Shown here in pieces: positions 13,878-22,346 of a stretch of 24,000 bases of DNA (its first letter is position 1; each line of letters opens with the position of its first letter). Origin of the DNA: Thermoplasmata archaeon (lineage in GTDB: Archaea; Thermoplasmatota; Thermoplasmata; Halarchaeoplasmatales; Halarchaeoplasmataceae); contig PWHU01000064.1 of the NCBI GenBank assembly GCA_003555395.1, forward strand, positions 14,204 through 38,203. Reading direction: 5' to 3'. The notes below the pieces were generated by a model. That model had not been told where the DNA came from and ran no database searches. It saw nothing but the letters and a program-made list of their open reading frames with translations. Both the position numbers and the translations under genes were made by a program.

Positions 13878-15095
13878 ATGGATGGAAAGGTACTCAAAAA
13901 GGTAGATGAAAATGAAGAGGATATGAAAGAAACGCTCATGAAGCTGATCCGTATTCCCGCTATAGGTCCTGACAACGACGGAGAAGGTGAAAAAGAAAAG
14001 TCCGAACTGATCATGGAGATCATCAAGGACTTCGGTTTTGATTCTATAGATAGAGTGGATGCGGAGGACGATCGTGTTCCTAGTGGTATAAGACCTAATA
14101 TCGTAGCGGTGAAAGAGGGAAAGGAGGATAAAAATCTGATCATAGTTACTCACATAGATATAGTCCCAGAAGGTGATCTCGACGAATGGGATACCGATCC
14201 TTTTGAACCCGAATTCAAAGACGGGAAGATATACGGTAGAGGCGCCGAAGATAACGGTCAGGCATTGGTATCTAGTATATTTGCAGTGAAAGCCCTTTCG
14301 GAAGCCGGGATAAAACCGCATTATAACATCAAAGTGATCATGGTCTCAGATGAAGAGACCGGAAGCGAGTACGGTGTGGAGCACATCTTAGAAGAAGGTA
14401 TAATAGATGAAGATGACCTCGTATTGGTCCCGGACCACAGCGAAGATGAAGGAAAAGGCATCGAGATAGTCGAAAAATCCGGTATCTGGACAAAAGTGGA
14501 GGTTCACGGCAAGCAGGGCCACGCAGCTATGCCAGGCGGAACAATAAATGCAAATCGTATAATCGCAAGATATCAAAACTTTGTAGATGAAGAACTTCGC
14601 CATAAATTCGATGAAGAGGACGAGCTTTTTTCTCCGGCTACCAGCACCTTCGAGCCGACTAAAAGGCTGGCAAATGTACCTAATGTTAACTCCATACCGG
14701 GTAAAGAGACACAGTTCTTTGACTGTAGGATCTTGCCTTCTATCCCTTTAAACGAAGTAAAAAAAGTGTTCGAAAATGCGGCGGAACAATTTGAAGACGA
14801 AACCGGAGCGAGGATAGACATCGAATATGTCAACGAGAGCGACGCTCCCGAAAAAACTCCTGAAGATTCAGAAGTGGTTAAAAAGTTAATAGCTGCGATA
14901 AATGACGTCACTTCTTTCAAACCGGAATTGGTCGGTATCGGTGGAGGTACAGTAGCAAAACATTTCAGAGATAGGGGTATACCAACGGCAGTATGGTGCT
15001 CTAACAAAGCCTTAGCGCATCAACCTAACGAGTATGCAGTGCTTGATTACATAGTTAGAGACTGTAAGGTCTTTGCGCTCATGGCTATGGGATGA
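13878..15095 (+). CDS. M20-family metallohydrolase (ArgE/DapE/ACY1-like deacylase or peptidase)
   Basis: 405 aa. Motifs present: LIIVTHIDIVPEGD, GRGAEDNGQA, MVSDEETGS, HGKQGHAAMP. Substrate cannot be determined from the sequence. Confidence 0.85.
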   Translation: MDGKVLKKVDENEEDMKETLMKLIRIPAIGPDNDGEGEKEKSELIMEIIKDFGFDSIDRVDAEDDRVPSGIRPNIVAVKEGKEDKNLIIVTHIDIVPEGDLDEWDTDPFEPEFKDGKIYGRGAEDNGQALVSSIFAVKALSEAGIKPHYNIKVIMVSDEETGSEYGVEHILEEGIIDEDDLVLVPDHSEDEGKGIEIVEKSGIWTKVEVHGKQGHAAMPGGTINANRIIARYQNFVDEELRHKFDEEDELFSPATSTFEPTKRLANVPNVNSIPGKETQFFDCRILPSIPLNEVKKVFENAAEQFEDETGARIDIEYVNESDAPEKTPEDSEVVKKLIAAINDVTSFKPELVGIGGGTVAKHFRDRGIPTAVWCSNKALAHQPNEYAVLDYIVRDCKVFALMAMG

Positions 15096-15106
15096 GAATA
15101 TTCAAC

Positions 15107-16303
15107 TTAAAACACGCTGATCTCATCGTTGAGTATCCTGTCCTTCAAGTCGAAGATATTTTCCAAATAATCTTCAGCTATAGATTCGACGTTATCCATC
15201 CTTGTATTGTGATGTTCATCTTCTTCGACGACGAGCTGTATGCTGGCCACTTGAGGATCTTTTAGCGATCTCCCTATCTGTGATACCAGTCTTACATAGA
15301 CGTCGTGAACTCCTTCCTTCTCTTCATCATAAACTTTCTGAGCTATCTCCTTTGCTGCGATATTGTAGAGTTTACCTATGTGCGTCACGGGATTTTTACC
15401 GGCAGCCGCTTCCATGCTCATCGGACGGAAAGGTGTGATCAAACCGTTGACTCTGTTACCTCTTCCAACAGACCCGTCGTCACCGTTCTCCATGGATAAA
15501 CCGGTTACAGTCAGATAATATATGTCTTTCTCATAGTTATCCGCGGTGTTGAGCATGATGTTTACGTCTCTCGAGGTTTGATCCAGAACATGATCTTTGA
15601 CACGGTCTTTTATTTCTTCTATCACACTTTTGTAATGATCTGCATCAGAAGTCAAACGATCTATTATCGCCACCGCTATAGTTAGATTTATCTCATCCCT
15701 CTTTCTAGTAGCCATGACTTTGACGTCCTGGCCCACTTCAGGGAGGTCATCCTTCAATGGACCGTTTATGAATCTTTCAGTCTCTAAAGTGACTTTTTCT
15801 GTTCCGCTTAACGGTGCATATGACACGCCAAAAGATGTGTCGTTAGCGTTGTGTCTGCTGGTATCGTAAACGTCCTGAAGATCAACTGAGCCCTGAGCTA
15901 TCCTGCAATCCAACATCACGCCCTGATCTACGTCCAAGTGTGTGCAGGTCTCTTCAAGATATTCCTCAGCGGCGGTAAGAGCTGTTGACTTATAAGGCAG
16001 CCTTTTGCCATTCACGTCCGTAGTAGCTCTTCCTGCAAGCAGCATGTAAACCGGCTCGAGTATCTCTCCACCGCCAAATCTTGGATTGGCCTGTCCCCCC
16101 ACTATCTGGACTTCGTCTGTATTATGATGAAGTATCCTATCGTGCTTTTCCATATACATCCTAGAAAGATTTCTGCTGACCTCTTCGGCTATACCGTCGG
16201 CTATGCTGTCGGGATGGCCGATGCCCTTTCTCTCAACTATCTCTATATTTTGTTTCTCCATAGGGGTCTCGTAGATGATTTCTGACGCTATATTGCTAGA
16301 CAT
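15107..16303 (-). CDS. mat: Archaeal-type S-adenosylmethionine synthetase
   Basis: [19 protein letters not shown] and the overall pattern match the archaeal MAT family. The ORF track starts at a GTG (16312); the ATG at 16303 is preceded by GGTGG, so I prefer it. Confidence 0.93.
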   Translation of the reverse strand: MSSNIASEIIYETPMEKQNIEIVERKGIGHPDSIADGIAEEVSRNLSRMYMEKHDRILHHNTDEVQIVGGQANPRFGGGEILEPVYMLLAGRATTDVNGKRLPYKSTALTAAEEYLEETCTHLDVDQGVMLDCRIAQGSVDLQDVYDTSRHNANDTSFGVSYAPLSGTEKVTLETERFINGPLKDDLPEVGQDVKVMATRKRDEINLTIAVAIIDRLTSDADHYKSVIEEIKDRVKDHVLDQTSRDVNIMLNTADNYEKDIYYLTVTGLSMENGDDGSVGRGNRVNGLITPFRPMSMEAAAGKNPVTHIGKLYNIAAKEIAQKVYDEEKEGVHDVYVRLVSQIGRSLKDPQVASIQLVVEEDEHHNTRMDNVESIAEDYLENIFDLKDRILNDEISVF

Positions 16304-16412
16304 ATATACCACCTGATCATATAATCTTATTTCTACCTTGATAGAGCTATTTCTAATTAAGATTGTGGTTTGTTAGGTGATTTTATAGAAAAAATGTGAT
16401 GTGCTCGTACAT

Positions 16413-18161
16413 TCAAAGTCCCCAAAACGGATCTTCCTCCTGCTTGATCTCCCTGATCTCGTCCAATATCCTTTCCTCGTCATAGGTCAATTCTAGGTCT
16501 CTCAGTTTAGAGGCGTCGCCTTGAGGGATATCTATGTACAATTCATCTCCTTCGTCTATCTGCCTACCTACGGTGACTCCCGAAATAGCTATGGCAACCT
16601 CTTCTCCTTGCTCAGCACTATCTAGTGATTGATCGCCGGTCCTGATACTTTTTATCGTACCGGCGGATTTTCCGTTCTTTTTGAGGAGTCTTCTATCCGG
16701 TCTCAGGGTTCCAGCCAAAACTCTTACGCCCACCACCGCAGGTTTAGAGATCCTGAAGACATGATCTTCTAAAATTCGGATCTTGACTGGATGGACTACT
16801 TTTTCTCTCTTCTTTTCTTCGAGTGCCCTCTTCTTTTCTTCCTTCCATTCCTCATATTCTTCCACCAGTCTGTAAACCACATCGTTCTGGAATATTTTGA
16901 CACTTACTTCTTTCAACTTCTCTTCGGCGTCCGGTAATACATCGACGTTGAAAGCAAGTATGACCCTGTAAAGCGGTTCGTCTATCGCCACCGCGTCCGC
17001 TACATCCTTTTTCGACACGTCACCTACAGAAGCCTTTAAGAGAGGTATCTCCGCCTCATCTAGCTCATAAGCTAGTCCCTCTAAAGACCCTATCGCGTCA
17101 GCCTTTATTATGACTCCCTCATCTTCGGTTTCTATATCGGCTTGGCTCTCTTTTCTCACCATATCCATTACTTCACTTAGATCTCTGTCACCAACTCCAA
17201 TTATCGGGGCGCCAGCTAATACACCTTCACACTCGGGTGTGACTATCTTGATACCTGCTGCGGCTCCTACCTCAGCAACTTCGATGAACCTTTCACTGGG
17301 ATCTCTGATCTCATCCATGGGCTTCGGTCTCAACAGTGATTTTATTTTTGTATGTATTGGTTTATTTCTGGTCCCTATGACCACTTTTTCATTTTTTCTC
17401 AGTACGCCCTGATGGACGATGGTATCTAGAGTGGTGCCGAGTCCGACCTCTTCTTTCACTTCCAAAACGGTGGCTTCACCTGGTCCTTCCTCGACTTCAA
17501 GGTCGTCCTCCAAATAAGTCTGAGCTAAGCCGATCAGGGTCATGAGAAGATCTTCTACACCTTCTCCTGTCAATGCGCTCATCGGAACGATACCTATGTT
17601 TTTCGAAAAATCTTTGACCTTATCATATCTGTCGGATGAAAAGCCTCTATCATAAAGATCGCCTATCACCTCGTATAGAGCTTCGGTCATCCTGTCCTTT
17701 GCATCCTGAGACTGGTCGCGTATGTTTTCAACGAACGGCCTGTTCTCAGAGCGCCATCCAGGGATCTTATCAAGTTTGTTAGCGGCCACGATGAAGGGAG
17801 TTTCTTCTCTCTTCAGGATGTCAAGTGATTCTAAAGACTGGGGCATGAAACCATCGTTTATATCGACTACTAGAACCGCTAAATCCGCTAGAGATCCACC
17901 TCTTGACCGGAGATTTATGAAAGAGTGATGACCAGGGGTGTCGATGAATAGTAAGCCAGGTAACGAGAAATCTATATTACATCCCAGTTTAGAACATGCA
18001 TCTTTTAAAGCCTCTAAAGGTACTTCAGTAGCCCCTATATGTTGTGTTATAGCTCCGGCTTCCCTCTCCTGAACAGTGGTCCCTCTTACCTTATCCAGGA
18101 AGGTCGTCTTGCCGTGGTCGACATGACCGAGAACACTGACGATTGGCTGTCTTATCCGCAT
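16413..18161 (-). CDS. infB: Translation initiation factor IF-2 (aIF5B)
   Basis: 582 aa. It has the GTPase motifs VLGHVDHGKTT, DTPGH and NKLD, and the full four-domain length. No intein is present. Confidence 0.95.
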   Translation of the reverse strand: MRIRQPIVSVLGHVDHGKTTFLDKVRGTTVQEREAGAITQHIGATEVPLEALKDACSKLGCNIDFSLPGLLFIDTPGHHSFINLRSRGGSLADLAVLVVDINDGFMPQSLESLDILKREETPFIVAANKLDKIPGWRSENRPFVENIRDQSQDAKDRMTEALYEVIGDLYDRGFSSDRYDKVKDFSKNIGIVPMSALTGEGVEDLLMTLIGLAQTYLEDDLEVEEGPGEATVLEVKEEVGLGTTLDTIVHQGVLRKNEKVVIGTRNKPIHTKIKSLLRPKPMDEIRDPSERFIEVAEVGAAAGIKIVTPECEGVLAGAPIIGVGDRDLSEVMDMVRKESQADIETEDEGVIIKADAIGSLEGLAYELDEAEIPLLKASVGDVSKKDVADAVAIDEPLYRVILAFNVDVLPDAEEKLKEVSVKIFQNDVVYRLVEEYEEWKEEKKRALEEKKREKVVHPVKIRILEDHVFRISKPAVVGVRVLAGTLRPDRRLLKKNGKSAGTIKSIRTGDQSLDSAEQGEEVAIAISGVTVGRQIDEGDELYIDIPQGDASKLRDLELTYDEERILDEIREIKQEEDPFWGL

Positions 18162-18183
18162 GCACCAGATTCAAGGAGCAGTG

Positions 18184-18193
18184 TTATATATTT
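18184..18193 (-). promoter_or_regulatory. Putative TATA box for infB (leaderless transcript predicted)
   Basis: The minus strand reads AAATATATAA, centred about 28 nt upstream of the ATG at 18161. It lies in the 52-bp gap after the GNAT gene. Confidence 0.45.
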
Positions 18194-18213
18194 CTTTTTT
18201 CCTTATGGTAAGA

Positions 18214-18963
18214 TCACTGCATCCGTTTCTTTAGCCCGTCGAACCAGTGATGCTCGGCTCTGATCTCAAAGCCCAGGTCCTCTGCAAGTGAGAAAGAGGG
18301 TTCGTTATCTTTAAATATCTGGACAGCTGGGATCAAACCCTTTTTTTCGCATTCCTTGCACATGGCTTCGGTCAGTGCTTTAGCGAGGCCTTTTCTCCTC
18401 CAAGCTTCCTTTATGTGCAGCATACCCAGTACCATGACCTCGTCGGTTATGAAATGGGTCAGACTCCATCCTACGAGTTCTCCTTCCTTTCTTATCCCGT
18501 AGGCGGGCCCCTGATTTATCCGCCTTTTTATGTAATCCGTCGAGTCTTGACCTCCGAGACCCCAATATTCGTTTATAACCGAAGCGTCCTTCTCTTTCAA
18601 AGAAGCTATCTCCTCCTCCGGTTCCTTGGCTTTTTCATATAGGCGGACCAAGAGCCATGTAGGTCTATCATCGTCGACCTCGACTGTTTCCTTTACGGCT
18701 TTGAACGAGTGAGGATCGATGGAATGAAACCTGTACTCTTCGTCCTCATCTAAATTCTCTAAGAGTAGGTCCTTCACTGCCTCTAAGCCGCCTCTCAAGG
18801 TGACGGTTCCGCCGCTGATTATAAGGACTCCAGACATATTCTTTTTCTGGTTCAAGAACACCTCGCTTCGATCGTCATCCAACCTTGCGATCTGGTACGA
18901 ATTCACGACCGGTTCCTGAGAAAGATACTCTCTAGCCTTCTCCTTAGCATTTTTCTCTCTCAT
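18214..18963 (-). CDS. GNAT-family N-acetyltransferase (FR47-like C-terminal domain)
   Basis: 249 aa. The C-terminal part, LVGWSLTHFITDEVMVLGMLHIKEAWRRKGLAKALTEAMCKECEKKGLIPAVQIFKDNEPSFSLAEDLGFE, has the acetyl-CoA-binding R-R-K-G-x-A pattern. Confidence 0.75.
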   Translation of the reverse strand: MREKNAKEKAREYLSQEPVVNSYQIARLDDDRSEVFLNQKKNMSGVLIISGGTVTLRGGLEAVKDLLLENLDEDEEYRFHSIDPHSFKAVKETVEVDDDRPTWLLVRLYEKAKEPEEEIASLKEKDASVINEYWGLGGQDSTDYIKRRINQGPAYGIRKEGELVGWSLTHFITDEVMVLGMLHIKEAWRRKGLAKALTEAMCKECEKKGLIPAVQIFKDNEPSFSLAEDLGFEIRAEHHWFDGLKKRMQ

Positions 18964-19041
18964 GGATATCGAGATATAGGATGGGTTATTTGATTCTTAT
19001 CGGCCGAAAATAAAAAATAACTTAAACTCTATAAGATTTGA

Positions 19042-19470
19042 TTGATGGAAGCATTCATAGATCTCAACTTCGTTATCCATGTTCTGTTGGCTATAGGCAT
19101 GGGAGGCCTTATCGGGCTTGAAAGGGAGCATAAAAAGAAAGGGCCGAAAGTAATCGCAGGAGTTAGAACCTTTCCCCTAACGTCCATGAGCGGCGTTCTT
19201 TTTTCTTTTCTCTCCGCTTCATTAGGACTCCACTTGATAGAGGTCGGAGTCGTCATCTTTGGTGGGTTCGCTGTTCTCCTAGCTTACCTTAAGTACGAAA
19301 TACACACCATAGGGATAACCACCTCGGTGGCACTTTTCGTCACATTCATACTCGGTGTGTTCATACAGCAGGGATATGTAGTGGAAGCGGGATTCATAAC
19401 AGTTGTGGTGACCGCTCTGCTCCTGACGAAAGAGAGGCTTCACAGCCTAGCGCGAGATCTAGGAAAATAG
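19042..19470 (+). CDS. MgtC/SapB-family membrane protein
   Basis: 142 aa with 4-5 predicted helices. GGLIGLEREHKKKGPKVIAGVRTFPL matches the MgtC signature (G-x-E-R-E...AG-x-RT). Confidence 0.75.
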   Translation: MMEAFIDLNFVIHVLLAIGMGGLIGLEREHKKKGPKVIAGVRTFPLTSMSGVLFSFLSASLGLHLIEVGVVIFGGFAVLLAYLKYEIHTIGITTSVALFVTFILGVFIQQGYVVEAGFITVVVTALLLTKERLHSLARDLGK

Positions 19471-19516
19471 ATCAAACAATTTTCCGATATGCTTGATTTG
19501 AATCGGTGCTGATAAA

Positions 19517-20770
19517 ATGGAAGTATTAAAAAATGTGGAGATGGCTTTAGAGAAAGACCTATGCGATCACTGTTTAGGTCGTTTATTCGCACAGCTGGGT
19601 CACGGCGTTACGAACAAAGAGAGGGGGAAAAGCCTTCGAATAGCTTCCGCGATGTTAGTGGAAAGCGGTAAAGAGAGAAAAGAGGTCCCAGAAGAATCGG
19701 ACAGATGTGTGTTATGTGGTGACCTCTTCCAGGAGTTAGATAAATTCGCTGAAATAGCCGCGGATGAACTCAGCAGATTCGAATTCGAGGACTTCCTTAT
19801 CGGTTCTAGGATCGATCCAGAGGTGGAGGAGAGAGAAGAAAGCTTATGGACAGAACTGAATTTGACTACCGCTGAACCCATAAACTCGGAGATAAATAGA
19901 GAAGTAGGAAAAAGAGTTCAAAAAAAGATAGAGAAGGAGGTCGACCTAGAGGATCCTGATATCAAGGCCATACTCGATACGAGATTCGATTCCGTTGAGA
20001 TCGAGATATCGCCTCTATTTGTCTACGGACGATATAAAAAGCTTGATAGAGGTATACCTCAGACTAAGTGGATATGTAACCGCTGTCGCGGAAAAGGGTG
20101 TGAAAAATGTGGGGGAAGCGGAAAACTATACGAAACAAGCGTGGAAGAGATGATCGGCGAGCCTTTAAGGAAGATGACATCAGGTGAGGACTTCATATTA
20201 CACGGTATGGGCCGTGAGGACATCGACGCGAAGATGTTAGGCGATGGAAGACCTTTTGTGATGGAAATAAAAAATCCAAAGATCAGAAAAATCGAACTAG
20301 ATGATTTTGAGGAAAAGATAAATGAATGCGAAAAAGTGAAGGTTCTCTCTCTTAAGGAAGTCGAAAAAGAAAAAGTACAGGAGATAAAGCAGGCGAGGGC
20401 AAAAAAAACTTATAGGGTGAAAGGTGATATAGAGGAACCTGTAGAAAGGGCAAAGTTTAAAAGGGTCCTTGATGAATTGAGGGGCGTCGAGATCTCACAG
20501 AGGACCCCCTCTCGAGTTAACCACAGGCGTTCGGATAAGATCAGGAAACGCTGCATAAACGATTTAGAACTTGAATCCTTAGATAACAGGCAATTCGTGA
20601 TCAGGATGACATGCGAGGCGGGCACATACGTCAAAGAGTTCGTCCATGGTGATAAGGGGAGAACACAGCCGAGTCTGTCTGAAAAGCTCGACGTGAGATG
20701 TGAAGTAAAAAAATTAGATGTGATAAAAATTCACTATCTTGAAGGATGTGATGAATATGAAGAGGTCTAA
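19517..20770 (+). CDS. pus10: tRNA pseudouridine(54/55) synthase Pus10
   Basis: 417 aa. It has an N-terminal zinc ribbon (CDHCLGRLF...CVLCGD), an internal CNRCRGKGCEKCGGSG, and the catalytic region HGMGREDIDAKMLGDGRPFV. It sits in the conserved position upstream of L21e. Confidence 0.85.
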   Translation: MEVLKNVEMALEKDLCDHCLGRLFAQLGHGVTNKERGKSLRIASAMLVESGKERKEVPEESDRCVLCGDLFQELDKFAEIAADELSRFEFEDFLIGSRIDPEVEEREESLWTELNLTTAEPINSEINREVGKRVQKKIEKEVDLEDPDIKAILDTRFDSVEIEISPLFVYGRYKKLDRGIPQTKWICNRCRGKGCEKCGGSGKLYETSVEEMIGEPLRKMTSGEDFILHGMGREDIDAKMLGDGRPFVMEIKNPKIRKIELDDFEEKINECEKVKVLSLKEVEKEKVQEIKQARAKKTYRVKGDIEEPVERAKFKRVLDELRGVEISQRTPSRVNHRRSDKIRKRCINDLELESLDNRQFVIRMTCEAGTYVKEFVHGDKGRTQPSLSEKLDVRCEVKKLDVIKIHYLEGCDEYEEV

Positions 20771-21047
20771 AGGTACGAAACAGGGAACGCGAAAAATATT
20801 GAGAAAGGATCCTAGTGAAAGAGGGCTCATCCCTATCAACAAGGCCCTGCAGGAGTTTGAAGAAGGGGAAAAGGTGAAGATCAAGATCGAGCCAAGCGTT
20901 CACAAAGCGCAGCCCCATAGAAGATTTCACGGCAAGATAGGCGAGATCGAAGGGAAACAAGGGGCCGCATTCGTGGTCAATGTGAAAGACGGAAGGAAAA
21001 CAAAAAAAGTCATCACGAGAGCGGAGCATCTCGAAAGAGCTGAATAG
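20751..21047 (+). CDS. rpl21e: Large-subunit ribosomal protein L21e (eL21)
   Basis: The sequence MNMKRSKGTKQGTRKILRKDPSERGLIPINKALQEFEEGEKVKIKIEPSVHKAQPHRRFHGKIGEI is typical of eL21. The ORF-track start (20739) is a TTG; ATG codons at 20751 and 20757 are more likely. The gene overlaps the end of pus10. Confidence 0.9.
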   Translation: MNMKRSKGTKQGTRKILRKDPSERGLIPINKALQEFEEGEKVKIKIEPSVHKAQPHRRFHGKIGEIEGKQGAAFVVNVKDGRKTKKVITRAEHLERAE

Positions 21048-21057
21048 GAGGTTTTTT

Positions 21058-21387
21058 ATGTCAGAAGACGGCCCAAGATATGTTACACTCGCAGAGGTCA
21101 AAAAGCTACTTACTGAGGAATCCGAAAAGAGAGAGATAAGTTATGAACAGAGCCTCGCTCTTGGGCACGCAGAAAAATTCGTTGAGCTTTCCATCGAGGA
21201 AACCGAAGAGCTTATGGACGAATTGAGGGAAAATTTCGATTTCATGAATGAAGAGTTGATCTACAAAACCGCGGACATACTACCCGAAGACGAAGACGGT
21301 GTGAGATCTATATTCCAGCAGGACAGATATACCCCTTCTAATGAGGATGCAGAGGATATAATAAACGTAATTAAAAAATATAAATGA
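21058..21387 (+). CDS. rpoF: DNA-directed RNA polymerase subunit F (Rpo4, Rpb4 family)
   Basis: 109 aa and acidic. It occupies the conserved archaeal position between L21e and DUF655, and GGAGG lies 6 nt before the ATG. Both the sequence pattern (YVTLAEVKKLL...ALGHAEKF) and the length fit Rpo4. Confidence 0.8.
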   Translation: MSEDGPRYVTLAEVKKLLTEESEKREISYEQSLALGHAEKFVELSIEETEELMDELRENFDFMNEELIYKTADILPEDEDGVRSIFQQDRYTPSNEDAEDIINVIKKYK

Positions 21388-21947
21388 GGGAAAATATGGA
21401 GGATTACGCATACATTTTAGATTATTTAGCTGAGGGAAGACCTGACTCTAAAAGCTACAAGCATGAAAGTTTGGTATTGGCTTTGGGTAAAGACGAGTTT
21501 AAGCTCTTCGAACTGCTACCAAAAGAGGGAAAGACCTGCAACATCGGAGATAAAGTCTACATAGGAAAGGATCTCGACAATAGAGAAAAAATAAAACATG
21601 TGAAAAAGCGCATAGGATGGGACGAGTTGACTCATGCAGCCCAAAGCGAAGTGCCCTATGTGCTTGAGGATATCATCGACGAGGAAGAGGAAAGATTTCT
21701 AAAATTCTACAACGAAGCACATCCTATAACCAAGAGATACCATATGCTGGAGCTCTTACCGGGTTTAGGTAAGAAAAAGATGGATGCGATATTAGACGAT
21801 AGAAACAAAAACGGCGAATTCGATTCCTTCGGCGAACTGATGGAAAGAGTTCCGTTGATCCACAAACCTAAGAAATTGATAAAGGACAGGATATTACACG
21901 AATTGAAGAATCCGGACACAAAGTATAAAGTATGGGTGGCCGAATAG
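21384..21947 (+). CDS. DUF655-family protein (predicted helix-hairpin-helix nucleic-acid-binding protein)
   Basis: There is an ATGA start/stop overlap with rpoF. EDYAYILDYLAEGRP at the N-terminus and LELLPGLGKKKMDAIL (HhH) are characteristic of the archaeal DUF655 family. Confidence 0.8.
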   Translation: MRENMEDYAYILDYLAEGRPDSKSYKHESLVLALGKDEFKLFELLPKEGKTCNIGDKVYIGKDLDNREKIKHVKKRIGWDELTHAAQSEVPYVLEDIIDEEEERFLKFYNEAHPITKRYHMLELLPGLGKKKMDAILDDRNKNGEFDSFGELMERVPLIHKPKKLIKDRILHELKNPDTKYKVWVAE

Positions 21948-21978
21948 GCATATACCATATAGATACAAGGAGAGAAAT

Positions 21979-22146
21979 ATGTTAGAAAATATCTCAGAGA
22001 TGGATGCTAGAGTTGTGGAGGTAAATGAGTCAGACGAATATATGACCGTTTTCTTCGTTTTCGACTCGGTTTTGGAAAACGGCGGTATGCAGTCACAGGC
22101 AGCTCTAGATCTTTTCAAGACGATCCAGAATGAAAGTTTGCAGTGA
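21979..22146 (+). CDS. Hypothetical small acidic protein (55 aa), not in the ORF track
   Basis: An ATG at 21979 is preceded by AAGGAGAG (GGAG at 21969-21972, 6-nt spacer). The translation is MLENISEMDARVVEVNESDEYMTVFFVFDSVLENGGMQSQAALDLFKTIQNESLQ, which matches the acidic composition of its neighbours. I recognise no homolog. Confidence 0.35.
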   Translation: MLENISEMDARVVEVNESDEYMTVFFVFDSVLENGGMQSQAALDLFKTIQNESLQ

Positions 22147-22346
22147 TATGCCTGTTAAGATGGAAGATTATACACAACATCATATATAACCGGAATATTT
22201 TTATACCATCGTGTTCATTCTCTATTCGTCGGACGTTTGTAGGTTAATCGTCTGACCATATTAGCCCATTGGGATGGGACTAAGATGCACTCGAAACTTG
22301 CAGCGGCATTTGATGCCCAGATACTATCATCTGGAGGAAGATATCT

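Noticed and set aside
13791-14321. 176-aa minus-strand ORF, and others antisense to the M20 hydrolase gene
   Set aside because: The plus-strand frame carries the M20 metal-binding motifs. The antisense ORFs are Phe/Ile/Tyr-rich with no motifs.
20631-21101. 156-aa minus-strand ORF spanning the pus10 / rpl21e junction
   Set aside because: It lies antisense to two well-supported conserved genes and has no recognisable motifs.
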